From NCBI GenBank assembly GCA_030704615.1, contig CM060733.1, positions 41,230,001 through 41,294,000 on the forward strand: a stretch of 64,000 nucleotides of DNA, read 5' to 3'. The position numbers and the translations under genes are program-made. Position 1 is the first letter of the stretch; each line of letters starts with the position of its first letter. Positions 35,688-47,994 of this stretch are shown here, one piece after another. This stretch comes from Takakia lepidozioides (taxonomy: Eukaryota > Plantae > Bryophyta). The notes beneath the pieces are model-generated. The model searched no databases. It was not told where the DNA came from and saw nothing but the letters and a program-made list of their open reading frames with translations.

Positions 35688-37960
35688 TTTATTTTATTTT
35701 ATTTTAATAAAGGGGATGAAGCCCCGATAATTTATTTCTGGGGAAAAAATAAATCCCTGTGGGGCCATAAGGCATACACACCTTTCGGTGAGGGCGAACC
35801 CAAGATACTTTTAACAGCAAGAAAACCATCCGAGTGGATGAAAGTATTAGTTTAGACTCAAGAGGTACCCCTAGAGCCTGGCTATGGCTTGGCTATGGCT
35901 CACGAGATGCGAGCTTTCAACAGAGAGAGAAGAATTGTGACGGGAGATTGTCAACAATGGAAGATGGGTTCTACAACAGCGATGAAGAGAAAACCCCATT
36001 ACATGCAGCATACAGAAAGAGAGCAGTCTGGACCGTCTGCTATAGGGGAAGAAGAAGCGTAGAATAAGCATTGATCTGACAAGCAATGGAGGAGAAAAGT
36101 GGGGAAGTGCAGACAGGGATCTACGAAGGAAAGGAGTCTGGACCGGCTGCAAATTGGGATTTCAGATAACCTCTGAACTCTGAAAAGCAAATATACGAGA
36201 GAGAAAGGGCAGACAAGGGCGGAACTAAGTGAAAGGAAAAAATAAAAATAAAAATTCGCCGATCGCAAAGAGGAAGCCTACATGGAGATCTACGAGTCGA
36301 AGCAAAGTCTGGTGGAGCGCTTCCCACCGATATGCTTCTAGTTGACCTCCCTTTCAAATTCGGGTGATTCAAGGCAACGAAGCTGCTGCGAAGCTGCCAT
36401 GAGTTTGGTGGGCTTTTGGACCATTGACAACTTGACGTCGAAGAGCAACTGCATAGGAACTTGTTTCTGCCCCCAAGATCTTTGGAATTTCCTGAGGAGC
36501 CCAGGTTCAGCCTCTGGATCCCTGCTGATGTCTGCATGCATTTTAACCCAAGCCTTTCTTGCCTCAATCTGGACCTCATGAAATATTGTAGACAGTAAAA
36601 CAGAGAGACAATCTCTCTCGTGATTTAGAGTCCAACTGCATCTTACCTTCCATATATTCCACAACGCGATAGGCCTAAATGAATCATACACTGGGCAGCG
36701 ACAGTGAAGTTGTTGAGATACTGGGTCATAATTTAAAAGCTTTTGAACTGAAGAGGGTGACCCTGGTTTCCATATCTGCATAACAGGAAGGAATCGAGGC
36801 CAAGTTTTAGAAGGTATGGTACAGCGGAGGAGGCAATGCTCAATTGATTCCAAGATACCAAGGTTGCAACATTTACAGAGTAGTGCCTCTGAAAATGACA
36901 ACCAAGCCCCGACCTTGAGAATCCTGTTAGCGAGTTGCCAAAGGAACGCAGCCACCTTCGCTGGTCTGACCTTGATCCAAATATGAGACCAGATGAGGTT
37001 CCAATTAGCTTGTTGAAGACCATGCCCAACCCATTTAGAGTTCCATTTATCCGAAAACAGGTTTGGTTTCAGCGTGGAGCGGTATGCAGCTTTGGCTGAA
37101 TAGTTAAAGAACGAAGGTCGGGAGGGTTCAAAATCCCAAGACCATTCTTAGGGGTCTACCGCCAGACCCATGAGAGGGCCTCCCTCTACCCATAGAAACA
37201 ATTGAGAAGAGAGCCATGAAGCTATTGGCTGGCCAAGAGGAGCCATTGGATTCATATCCTTGTCTTTTGATGACCAGTGACAGATTCTAACTGGAGTGAA
37301 TTGTCCACCAGAGATAACGGCTGGGGCCCTGGATGAAAGGTGCAGATAGTTGGAGAGGTCTACTTTGTTCATCACCAACCCCATGAAGTGATCTGATTTG
37401 GAATCAGTGATGGAGATCACTTAGTTGGGGTTGTTGGAACAAGTAATCCAACTGTTAGACAGACCACAATCCGGGCCCGCGGTCAGGTTATGGATCCATG
37501 GGAGTGGGGTACTTTGAAGGAGCTGTTGGTAGCCTGAGTTCCCTCTTTGAGGACCCATAACGGTGTTGACCTGGTCCTGAGAAAAGAAAGCATGCCCATC
37601 CCAGATGTCTTTTACCTGAGAAAAGTTAAGTCTGTCCCAGGCAGAGTACTTGGCCGCCGAGGCCTTTTCTGCGGGGGAAGGGGCATTGGAGTTAAGGGAT
37701 AGGAATTGGCGCATTGTTTCCTCATAAGTCTGCGGTTCCCCTTTAACCAAGTGAGGCCTGATTGATCCCCAAATATCCCGAATGGCCTTCCACAGAGGAG
37801 ACCCACGGGTTGGGAATCTTTTTGCATCATAACTTTTGCTTCATATAGGTACATATGAGGTGGCACTGAAGGTAAGACCCAATGATCCCCACTGGGATAA
37901 CTCAGAAATCGCGATTGCATCATCTGCTGCTCAATGTGATAACGTGCCAGAAAACAAGCA
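35688..37960 (-). mobile_element. 5'-truncated L1/Tx1-like LINE (ORF2 C-terminus, 3' UTR, (AAAAT)n tail)
   Basis: AAFLWQLANRIL...CKCCNLGILESIEHCL...LWNIWKVRC (36338-36955) resembles the 23667-24631 LINE protein. ATTTT repeats at about 35688-35706 form the tail. Confidence 0.78.
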
Positions 37961-37962
37961 AC

Positions 37963-40900
37963 CTAGTATAATCCACAGCCCATGACAATACTTGCTACCT
38001 CCTTGGTCTTGGTATAAATGTACCCATGTACAACTTGGAAGGCAATTAATTCCTTCAACATGGTACTTGCTTCAGACCAGTACCTCGCAAAGTGATGATC
38101 CTCAATGGGTCGATTATTCGGAAGAACCTTAGTCATAGTTGCCACGGGCAGCCAAATGCGCATGATCTGGTAGTAATGTGCCAACGACTGCGGAGGACTA
38201 AATTCCTTCCAAGCCAAATCCAACACAATGGGAATTTGGTTGAAGGGCATAATCATAGCCCGACTGTACTCCCGTGCAGCATGAGTCTTAGGTGGATTAA
38301 AAGCAGCATCCCCCCATACCTCAGGCTATGGTGTGGCTGTAGTAACAACAGGGTCAGCTACCTACACAGTCACTTGTTGTGGTATTGGTAGCACTGGCCC
38401 TTCTACCACTGGCATCTCCTGCACCCCTTGCGAAGAAGACTAAAAAATTAGAGTTCTGACTTGTAAATAAGTAGCCATCAGCTGCTCCTTAGGTACAAAG
38501 ACTCTCTTGTCAATATTTGAACTCAGGTCATCCACCTGAGTCTGCAGGCCTTCTACATCCTCCTGTAGCTCCGCTATCCTACTATAGACATTGTCTATAG
38601 TAGTTGTGGCAATGTTCTGCACCTGTAGTCTGAGCTCATTCATCTCGCCTTGGGTGAGCTTCCGTGGTGCTTTGCCTTCCACCGGCCCTTGTGCTAACCA
38701 GACTTGCATAAGGTGGTTATCCACCAAGTTGTGTGTGGCACCCCTAAGAGTCTACTTCTCTTTGAGCCTGTACACATCTAACTGCTACTGTAAAGCCTAC
38801 ATGCGCTTTGCATGAGGTTCAACCAAGCTCGCATAGGCAGCAGCCAGATTATTGGCTTCCTTCCAAGCCTTGTTAGCCATAGAGAGTTCATTTCTATTTA
38901 CCATGACCGTTTGTTGCAACTCCAGGATGTACCTCTCTTGGTCAGCTTCAACCTGTCTGTATTGCTTGAAAGTATTCTCATTGTAACAGATTGTATTCTT
39001 CATATCAACAATGAGTTTCGCATGTTCGACTGTCTCTGCCTCTGCCTTCATACATCTCTCCCCTTGTCTGTTAACTTCTAATGCAGTTTGCTCAAGAATA
39101 GTTGTGAGTGTAGCACATTGTATGGTCATCCTCTCATGTACTGCCTGCAACTCTGTATGTAGTGCATTCACTTCTTGCAACTTGCCCTCATGCTTCACCT
39201 GCATTTGGTATAACTGTTGTTTATGTGCTTCGTGCAACAGGTCATGCGCGAGACATGCTTCAATCAAATGTTCCTTGGCCAACTGCAAAGCAGCTTTTGT
39301 ATCCTCTATAAAAGATGAGATTGACACCTTGTTTGCACACTCAATGGCAAGTTGAGCCTCAAACTCCTTTCTGAGCTCCTCCCTCAAAGCTGCCAATTGG
39401 GTAGATGGAACATGGGATTTCACATAAGTGCCTAACAAATTAAGCATTTTGCTTATGGAACTCATAAGCATGGCCTGCTGAGGGTCTTCATGGGGAGCTT
39501 GTTGCTGTTCTCCCTGATCCTCAACAGTGTGATGTCTCACCAACCATTCATGCCATTGCCCTACCAGATTTTCTTCCTAAACCACCTCATCCGCCATAGG
39601 TGCTGCAGTGTCTTGATATTTTACCCTTGGTACCTCCATCACAGGTGTGGGTATTACATGCTCAGCAGGGTTTCCCCTGAACAACCGCTGCACCTCTGGA
39701 ATCACTGATTCCCTTACCAAGCCAGAGTTTTCATAGAGAAGGTCACCCTTCTCAATTTCGGCCACGACCTGCTCTGTAGTGGGAATGTCCAACCTTTCTC
39801 CTTCCAGAGCAATTGGGGGTGATGTCACAGCATATACTAACTGTGGAACCTCTAAGACAACGGAGTCAATTGGTTGGGGTGGCTATGGTATCGAAGTGAC
39901 TTCCTCTTCCCTCTCTCAAGGCCGTGCTTCCAATAATAGCAGCTCTCTGTGCTGTTGTGCCCCATCCTACACAAGAGCTTGGGAAACATTATCGTGCGGT
40001 TTCCGTGAAGCCAGTGGATCCGCCACTACAGTCATTCCCCGCCTCTGTCTCTTAGACTAGTGTTGCGCTGTCAGTCCACCCTCACTGTGTGAAGAGCCTT
40101 GCTCTTCAATTGCAGTGGTTTCTGCCTCAAACACTCCCATCTCCTTACGTTCCCGAGTATCAAGTATGCAAGAATCAAGAATTATTTGGGCAATGACTGG
40201 ACCAGACACAATGATCGGAGACTAGCAGCAGTTCCCTGTAACCTCTTAATCTCGTCCACCAATCCATTGTACATTAACTCCGCCCAAGCGACATCTTCTC
40301 CCCTCAAAGCTTTCAGTATCTCCTCTGTGAATGACCTGCTCAAATACTGTTGGTTCTATTTCATGGCAAACAGAACGTTCAAGATTAACTTCCCTAAGCC
40401 CTGGGTACTCGGCTTTGGTACAAGCGTAGCCTTGAGTTTTAAAGAAACTCCCTTCTTGGAACAAATTCCCTATCTGCAATCTTGTCTGTGCTCATCCACT
40501 TCCACATGTCCTGATGGCAAATCAAACAATTGCTGCAGGTACTGGGGAGTAATTTCTATATCTACTCCCCTCACCTGAGTAACTCCTGTCCAAGGCTCAA
40601 AATTCTGAAGAAATTGTATCATGAACTGCCGATGATGCAAGGACCAGTCCTTGCGTAATAGCCCCTCCAATCGCAACTCCCTTAGCAGCTGTACTGCCTG
40701 CGGTGCCGCAATTGTTTGCTTCTGCAGTATCGTCGTGCTCTTCACCCTGATATCCTCCATTCCCCTCACTCTCTTCATTCTAGACAAACAGAAAGGCTTT
40801 GTTTGAAACAGCTGAAGGAAAGCTTGCAGGGCACAGAGCATGAAGGTGTGGTTGGCACAGAATGAAATGGATAAGTGCTTGTAAGCCTGTGGGGCTTGCA

Positions 40901-41130
40901 AGTATCGATTTAGAGAAAATGTACTCTCCGTTCGTCTGTCCTTGTGCCACTGTGTAAGTAGTAAGGCAAGCGTGTAGTCTGTTATTTCCGCCATAGCTTC
41001 AAAGCTATAGCTTTGATTGTCTCTCCTGACGAGACGTCCGTTACTCGGAACTACGCCGACTCTTGCGCTCATAATTTCTCTAAATTCTTGATCTTGCTTC
41101 TTGGAAAATACCCTCTGCAGGTAATTCTGG
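37963..41130 (-). pseudogene. Degenerate accessory ORF(s) 3' of integrase (Athila/Tat-type extra ORF-like domain plus coiled coil)
   Basis: QFLQNF..VRGVDIEITPQYLQQLFDLP, then ALRGEDVAWAELMYNGLVDEI past a stop; coiled-coil ORFs at 39543-38797 and 38727-38440. Confidence 0.6.
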
Positions 41131-41759
41131 CTCATGATTGGCTGTTGACTCTGTGATTGGTTTTGTAATTTAATTCCCTTCCGTGGATTTCCCCCCCTGG
41201 ACTGTCCACTAGGATAGCACATGTGACAAGGATTTTGCTTTTGGGTACTTGTAAAGGGTTCCGTTACCCTTTCCCTGTATGCATTAATGGGCCCACAATA
41301 AATTTCGGTTAACGTGCCGGGTAGGTACTTTGACGGCCAATTTTGTCTTCCTTCTTGATGACACCCGTTCTTGCAATTCGTGTCCGGCTGTGTGTCACAC
41401 CCTGGCGTCCACGTGTCCATTTCTAAACCTGCCTCCGTCCACTTTTTCGCCGGCCACTCTCCAGATGTTAACCCACGTCCACCTGTCACTGATCCTATGG
41501 ACTGTTTAGCTGTGACAGGCTGTGTCATACTGTGGTACATTGTGATAGGCTGTGTGGCACTGTGATAAGCTGTGATAGGCTGTGTGACGCTGTGATGGGC
41601 TGTGATAGGTATGCGAACACCTGTAGTTCCCGCCTTGGTCATATATGCTCGGCTTAGCGACAAGTGCTCCATACTCCGTTGGTATCACAGGCACAGCCCG
41701 TGACTGCTTTTGCGTTTCAACATGCAAATCGTGCTGCAATGGTTTGTCATGGATACCAC

Positions 41760-44700
41760 TGTACCCCTTCAACTTATTGGCATTGACTCTTCCCAGCATC
41801 TCTTTGTTAATGGTTTGTAACATGGCTGTGTTGTTATCATACATCTTTTGTATGACATAAGGTCCTTTCCATGGTGATTTAAGCTTAGAAGCTTTAATCT
41901 TTCCCTTCTTCTGCAACCAGAGAACCAAATCTCCCGTCTTAAAAGTCTTTAATTTGCCTTCATCAAACTGTTCCTTCATCTTCATCTGAATTCTGGTCAT
42001 GTTATCAGCTGCATCAGCACGTACTTCTTCCACATGGTATAATTCATGTTTCCTGACCTTAATTGAATCTTCCAATTCCATTCTCTTTCCCCATTCCGTT
42101 CTCATGGTAGGTAACAAGAATTCCACTGGAAGTAAAGCTTCCATACCATAAACTAATTGGAATGGTGTATACTTAGTGGTGACTTTATATGAAGTCCGGT
42201 ATGACCACAAAGCTGTCAGCAGCTTTGTATCCCAATCCGTTCTGTTTGCATTGACTATCTTAACTAAGATAGTACATATTATTTTGTTGGTAGCCTCTGC
42301 CTGCCCATTACCTTGTGGGTAATACGTTGTACTTTTCCTATGCACAATCATGAACTCTTTAGTCAATAGTTCAATGGTCTCATTAATGAAGTGACTTCCC
42401 TGGTCACTGATAAATTCCAAGGGACAGCCAAATCGTGTAAGTATGTTCTCATACAGGAACCTTGCTGTGGACTTGGCTGTGTTGTCCCTCAGAGCTTTAG
42501 CTTCCACCCACTTCATAGTATAATCAGTGGCTGTAATTATATACTTGTTCTGTGTATTCTTGGCCGGTGGGTTAATTGGTCCAACAAAGTCTAGTCCCCA
42601 TTTTTGAAATGGTTCAGTAGGCATCGTAGGATGCAAAGCCATCTTCCCAGATCCTTGCAAAGGTCCTAGCCTCTGACATTCATCACAACTCTGACAATAC
42701 TTGTGTACATCCTTGAACAAAGTAGGCCACCAGTAACATGCAAGTAGTATCTTCCTACTGGTAGTCTCTTCTCCAAAATGTCCTCCAGCCACTCCTTTAT
42801 GAACTTCCTCCAAAACTTTATTTACTTCATGGTGGTACAAGCATCGTTTAAGTACTCCATCAGGTCCTAGCTTATACATTCTGCCCCCTACCATAGTATA
42901 AGGTAAAGCCTTGATAGCGATTCTCTTCCTCTGCTCCTTACCATAACTAGGTGGGCACTAACCATGAGTAAGGTAGTATCTGATTGGCCACTGCCAATCT
43001 AACCATTCATCTGTACTTCCTTGCACCTCCATTGCAAATAAACTCGCATCAGGTAATTGGTCGTCTACTCCTATGGCGGGCTCTCCTGTTGTTAAGCGTG
43101 ACAAATGATCTACCACAAGATGCAAACGGCCAGGCTTGTAAACAACTTCAAACTCAAACTCGTGCAAAATCATTAACCACCTTGCTATCCTTCCACTTAT
43201 CAAAGGTTTGTTCACCAGATATATCAGAGCCTGGTGATCCACATAAAACATAAACTTTCTTCCCAATAGGTAATGCCTGAATTTCTTGACTGCATAAATC
43301 ATTGCCAGTACTTCTCTTTCAGTTGTGCTATAGTTCCTTTCAACACTGTTCATCAACCTGCTAGCATAGTATACCGGTGAATCTATATTTCCTGTAACAT
43401 TTTGGGCTAACACCGCTCCCAACGCTTCTCCTGAGGCATCACAGTGAACATGAAATACTACATGCCAGTGAGGGTTAATCAGCACAGGTGTAGTTGTTAC
43501 TGACAATGTAAGTTCCTCAAAAGCCTGTTGACATTCAGCTGTCCATGCAAACACTGCATCTTTCTTCAGAAGCTTGCTCAATGGTGCTGCTATCTGTGCA
43601 TACCTTTTGACAAATCTTCTGTAATAACTGGTTTGTCCAAGGAATCCCCTTAGACTCTTAACATTTACTGGTGGTGGAGAGGCTTTAATGGCCTCTGTCT
43701 TCCTGGGATCCACCAGAAGTCCCTTCTTACACACAATGTGTCCCAAAAGCACCCCTGAGTTCACACAAAAAGTACACTTCTCTGGATTCAGGCCCAGACC
43801 TCTCATCCTGCATCTGGCCAAACATAACTCCAATTTATGCAAGTGCTCATTCTTAGAGCTGTACACACTGAAATCATCCAAGAACACCTGCATGAAATCA
43901 TCCAGATACTCATGAAAAGATTCATTTATCACTCTCTGAAAGGTTGCTGGTGCATTACAAAGTCCAAAAGGCATGACTTTGTATGCATAAGCACCCCAGT
44001 CTGTGATGAAAGCTGTCTTTCCCTGGTCTTCTTCTGCCACTTGCACTTGATTATAACCACTGAAGCCATCCATGAATGAGTACATCTCATGGCCTGCCAC
44101 AGTGTCCAATACCGCTTCTGTGAATGGCAAATGGAAAGGATCTTTCTTCGTGCAAGCATTCAACTTCTTATAGTTCACACAAACTCTCAGTTTACCATTT
44201 TTCTTGGGAACTATCACAATGGGTGACAACCAAGTTGTATACTCTATCGGGTATATAAACTTAGCCTCAGCCAACTTCTTGATCTCTTCTCCAACCTTCT
44301 GTGCATAGTTGGGATTCATTCTGTACCTTGCCTGTTTGATTGGTACTGACCCTGGTTCCAGTTCAATCTTATGCTAACAGATCTCAGGTGGTATCCCTTT
44401 TAGATCCTCGTAGCTCCAAGCAAATACATCTTTGTATTTGATGAACAAACTCTTAGCTTCCTCAAAGAATTCTGGCTCCAAATCAGCCCCTACCTTCACC
44501 ATCATCGGTTCCTCTTCAGTTCCCACATTCACTTCTCTCACTTGCTCATCAGCTGTGATTGTCCAACCAGTCACCACTTCATCCTGTAAACTCACAGTGG
44601 CTGGTTCCTCTAGGATTTCCATTTCTCCTTCTCTTTCTTCATAAAAATGTGGTGGGTAACTGCTTATTTCACCTTCAATTGGTGTTGCTGTCACTACACC

Positions 44701-46085
44701 ACAACAGATACCTTTTAAACAACTTAGGCCTTCCAGCTGCATCTCTGCAACCTGCTCCCACTCTAGGTGTGCAGCGAACAGGGTAGCTTCCTGCTCCTCA
44801 TCCAGTCCTCCCCTCCAATCATACTCCCTGACCCCTCGAGGTCTTCTCGTAGCAGGTAATCTACTAGATTTCTTAGTGGTAATTTGTATCTTGTGCATCC
44901 CATCATGCACAGTTAGTAACTGGGAATTCCAGTCATGGAATACCCTGGCCTGTTTCAGCCACGGACGTCCCAACAATAAGGAGTAAGCTTCCATGACTTC
45001 ATCCATTTTTAACACAGTTACTGTGATCATAAAGATCATCTTTTGAATCTGTATCTTAACTCCTCTTATCAATCCCAATGGCTGTACACTTCTTTGATCT
45101 GCCATTGTTACTGTAAATGGGGCTGGTTTCATGTTACTTAGACCAAGCTTATGCCTTAATTGGTCTGTCATGATATTCACTCTAGAGCCTCCATCTATCA
45201 GTACATCAGTTAGTTCTGTGCTTCCAATTCTCAATTGGATTACTGGCATAGAATCATCAAAGTCCCTGACTGTTTCTCGCCCTTCCGGCTTCACATTATA
45301 CTTCTGGTACAACACATGGCCTAACCATGTGAGCTGCCACCACTGGGCCCTCATTCACAGGAGCTCTCATTCTGGTGTCTAATCCAGAATGAACAGGCTG
45401 CCTTGCGATGTCCTGCCTGATTACAATAGTAACACAGTTCTTCACCATTGGGTCCTCGCCCTTGGTCTGCTCTAGGATTATTTCTGTAATCCTGATTCCC
45501 TGTCTGGTAATTCCCCCTTGGATTACCCTGATAGTTGCCCCTAGAATTTCCTTGGTAATTCCCTCTTGGATTACCTCTCCCTTCCATACCTTTGTTATAA
45601 CCACCGGGCCTACCATAGTGGTCCTGATCACTGTTTCTTCTTGGCTGGGGCTGCACTTGATGCACCCTTACTTGCCTAGGTTCTCTAGCTGCTGTCCTTC
45701 TGTTGTAGTAACAATTCTCAGTAGAATGGTTATCCATTTTACAGATAGTACAATGTTTCTCCTTCATGTGGCATTCAGTGGTGGTATGGCCTTCATTCTG
45801 GCACTTTGCACACCAAACACCCTTCCTCCAATGTGTTGCAGCCTCTGTGGCATACTTCTTCAAGATTTCTTCTAATCTTTTCTCATAGTTATCCCTCTTC
45901 AACTTTTCCTTTCTCTTACTCTTCCTCTTCAGCTCCTGTTCTTCTTCCTCATCTGACTCATCCTCAGAGTCCTCATCATCATTTTTTTTCTCTCATGAGC
46001 ATTCCCAATTGCTCAATTCGGTTTGCTGTTTCAAATGCCTCCTCCACTGTATTATGGGGTAACATAACCAAATTCAAAGATTGTT
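41760..46085 (-). pseudogene. gag-pol of second Gypsy element
   Basis: Three CCHC knuckles (CAKCQNEGHTTTEC, CTICKMDNHSTENC, CYYCNQAGHRKAAC); VLIDGGS; RT MDGFSGYNQ, MPFGLCNAP, FLDD; RNase H HCDAS, YSTTERE; integrase GGHFG..CDEC, WGLDF, SDQG, QAE, W.GPY. Stops at 44374 and 42958. Confidence 0.93.
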
Positions 46086-46785
46086 GGCCGAGCAATTGTT
46101 GTATGGGACGCTAACTACTTTCCACCACTTTGAAGATGGGATTTGTTCTTGTGGTGATTACTGGTGAAATGATGTTTTCTTGGAAAGATGCGAGTGTCTT
46201 GCTTCATTCATTGATCCGTGACGTAGCTACTCACACCATCCACCATTTCCCGAAAGTATTGACCATGATGTACTGTTGAGTGCATTTCTTGTGCCATAAA
46301 TCCACAGGAAATGATAGTGGGGTCTACTCAGTCAGCCCATAATTGCACTTGACTGAAGGGGTGATTTTTGACTGATTCTGGGGACAATGGATGGAAATCA
46401 GAGTGCTGTCCTAATTCTGGGTTTGGGTGGTGGAGCTTCTCCAAAGCTTCAAGATGGAAGTGAATACGAATTTTAATGAGCTTGATGAGAGGGGCAGCAC
46501 TGTGCACAAGTTTGTTCAGCATCTTAAATTTGGACATGTTGTTTGTTTCTCATGGTGTGGCTTTGGATGGAGCCCTTGACGAACTTGCATGAATATTGTC
46601 AAAAGCTAGCCTTAACCCACCAAGATCCAATCCCATGGTGGATGCTTGAAAGTTCATATAGTGAATGTAAGGGTATTTGGGTATGTTGTTATTGGTTGAT
46701 GCGGCTTGTGAAAATTGAACATTGAAATGCAGATCCGCCATTTTTCTTCCAGAAAAAAACAAAACACGGGATCTCTGCATGTAAC

Positions 46786-46877
46786 GCCGTGGGGATGACC
46801 CACCCTTTTTTTGTGAAAAACTGAACGTAGTTCTCAGAATTCGTCGCTAGTAGTGCGGAGCAACGCGAAGCCCTAGT
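46786..46877 (+). mobile_element. Putative Helitron 3' terminus (copy 2)
   Basis: Repeat of 25561-25650 ending CTAG|T. Confidence 0.5.
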
Positions 46878-46916
46878 TTGTCTAGTACGGTTCTTCTTCC
46901 ATGAATATAAAATCGT

Positions 46917-47072
46917 ATAGCCCACTGGTAATGGGCACATACCACCTTAGAAGTAATTGTGGGTTCAATCCACCAATTGGTGTCACAGACATATCCACCT
47001 TCCAGCTGGAAGGCAGTAGCCTTTTCGGAGTGAAGAGACACCATTATTTACGTTTCTTTTAGAATGCATCAT
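46917..47072 (+). mobile_element. tRNA-derived SINE
   Basis: A-box-like TAGCCCACTGG and B-box-like GGTTCAATCC; homologous to 50548-50620; 3' end TTTACG..GCATCATA. Confidence 0.65.
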
Positions 47073-47164
47073 ACTTTTTCTTAGATTACAATCGTACAAT
47101 CATCTGATATCATGTATATATAGACATATGCACATATAATATAGACATATGTGTTTATATATGC

Positions 47165-47265
47165 ATATGTATATATATATGATGCCTTTTGAAGGAAGCA
47201 TAAATTATGGTGTCTCTTAACCCCAAATGGCTATTGCCTTCCGATAGGAATGTGAATGTGGAGAC
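47165..47265 (-). mobile_element. 5'-truncated SINE copy, tail-to-tail with the 46917 copy
   Basis: 47200-47242 is an imperfect reverse complement of 47008-47050; (AT)n tail at about 47165-47180. Confidence 0.6.
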
Positions 47266-47994
47266 ATTCGTATCATGTGCATATCTATGGTGCATTGGTA
47301 CACAAAATTGTTGAGATGACATTGGGATCATCTGTTGAAAATATGTGCATGGAAATATGCTTGATAAAATTCACTGTTGTTTAAATAATCACTTTAAAAT
47401 TTAACCATTTTTATCAAAATGTGATTCATCTTTCACATGAATATACAATTTGCAAGGTAACATGTCGTATGATCTATGCATCTAAGATACAAAGGTTTGA
47501 GATGATAGTGGAGATAATGCTTTGAAAAAATGTTAAGAAATGTAGATTAAAAGAAATCTGAAAATGCCCATGTAAATATCTCAGTTCATATATTAATCTT
47601 GGGCTCTCATTTTAAGATAATAGCATCTTCAATGTGCATGTGGGCCCCGCTAGTACTGCCCATGGGGTCACCTCATAAGCGGAGCGCCCATCCACCGGGT
47701 CCGCCGGATGGTCCATTGGACAGTCCAGTCCGTTCTGGAGAGTCTGCTGGAAGGTCCATCCATTCTGCAGAATCCGATGGACCCACAATCCACTGGAGAG
47801 GGTCCACTCTGTAGAGTCCGCTAGAAGGTCCACTCTCCAGTGCAGAGTGGACTCACTCTGCAGAGTCTGCTGGAAGGGTTTGCACAGTTTGCTGGACCCA
47901 TAGTCCGCTGGAGGGTCTGCCGCCGTAGAAGAACAAGGACTTAGGAAAATTTCAGAAAGAACCAATATCCAAAATGTTTAATTAATAAACACAT

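Larger units (their letters stand above)
37963..46085 (-). mobile_element. Second Ty3/Gypsy retroelement (non-chromovirus-like), truncated at both ends, with extra 3' ORFs
   Basis: Domain order Gag-PR-RT-RH-IN, then degenerate ORFs 41130-37963 on the same strand. No LTR pair found. Confidence 0.85.

Noticed and set aside
46917-46990. Functional tRNA gene (also 50545-50620)
   Set aside because: A/B boxes are present but no convincing cloverleaf; the copies continue into a shared SINE-like tail.
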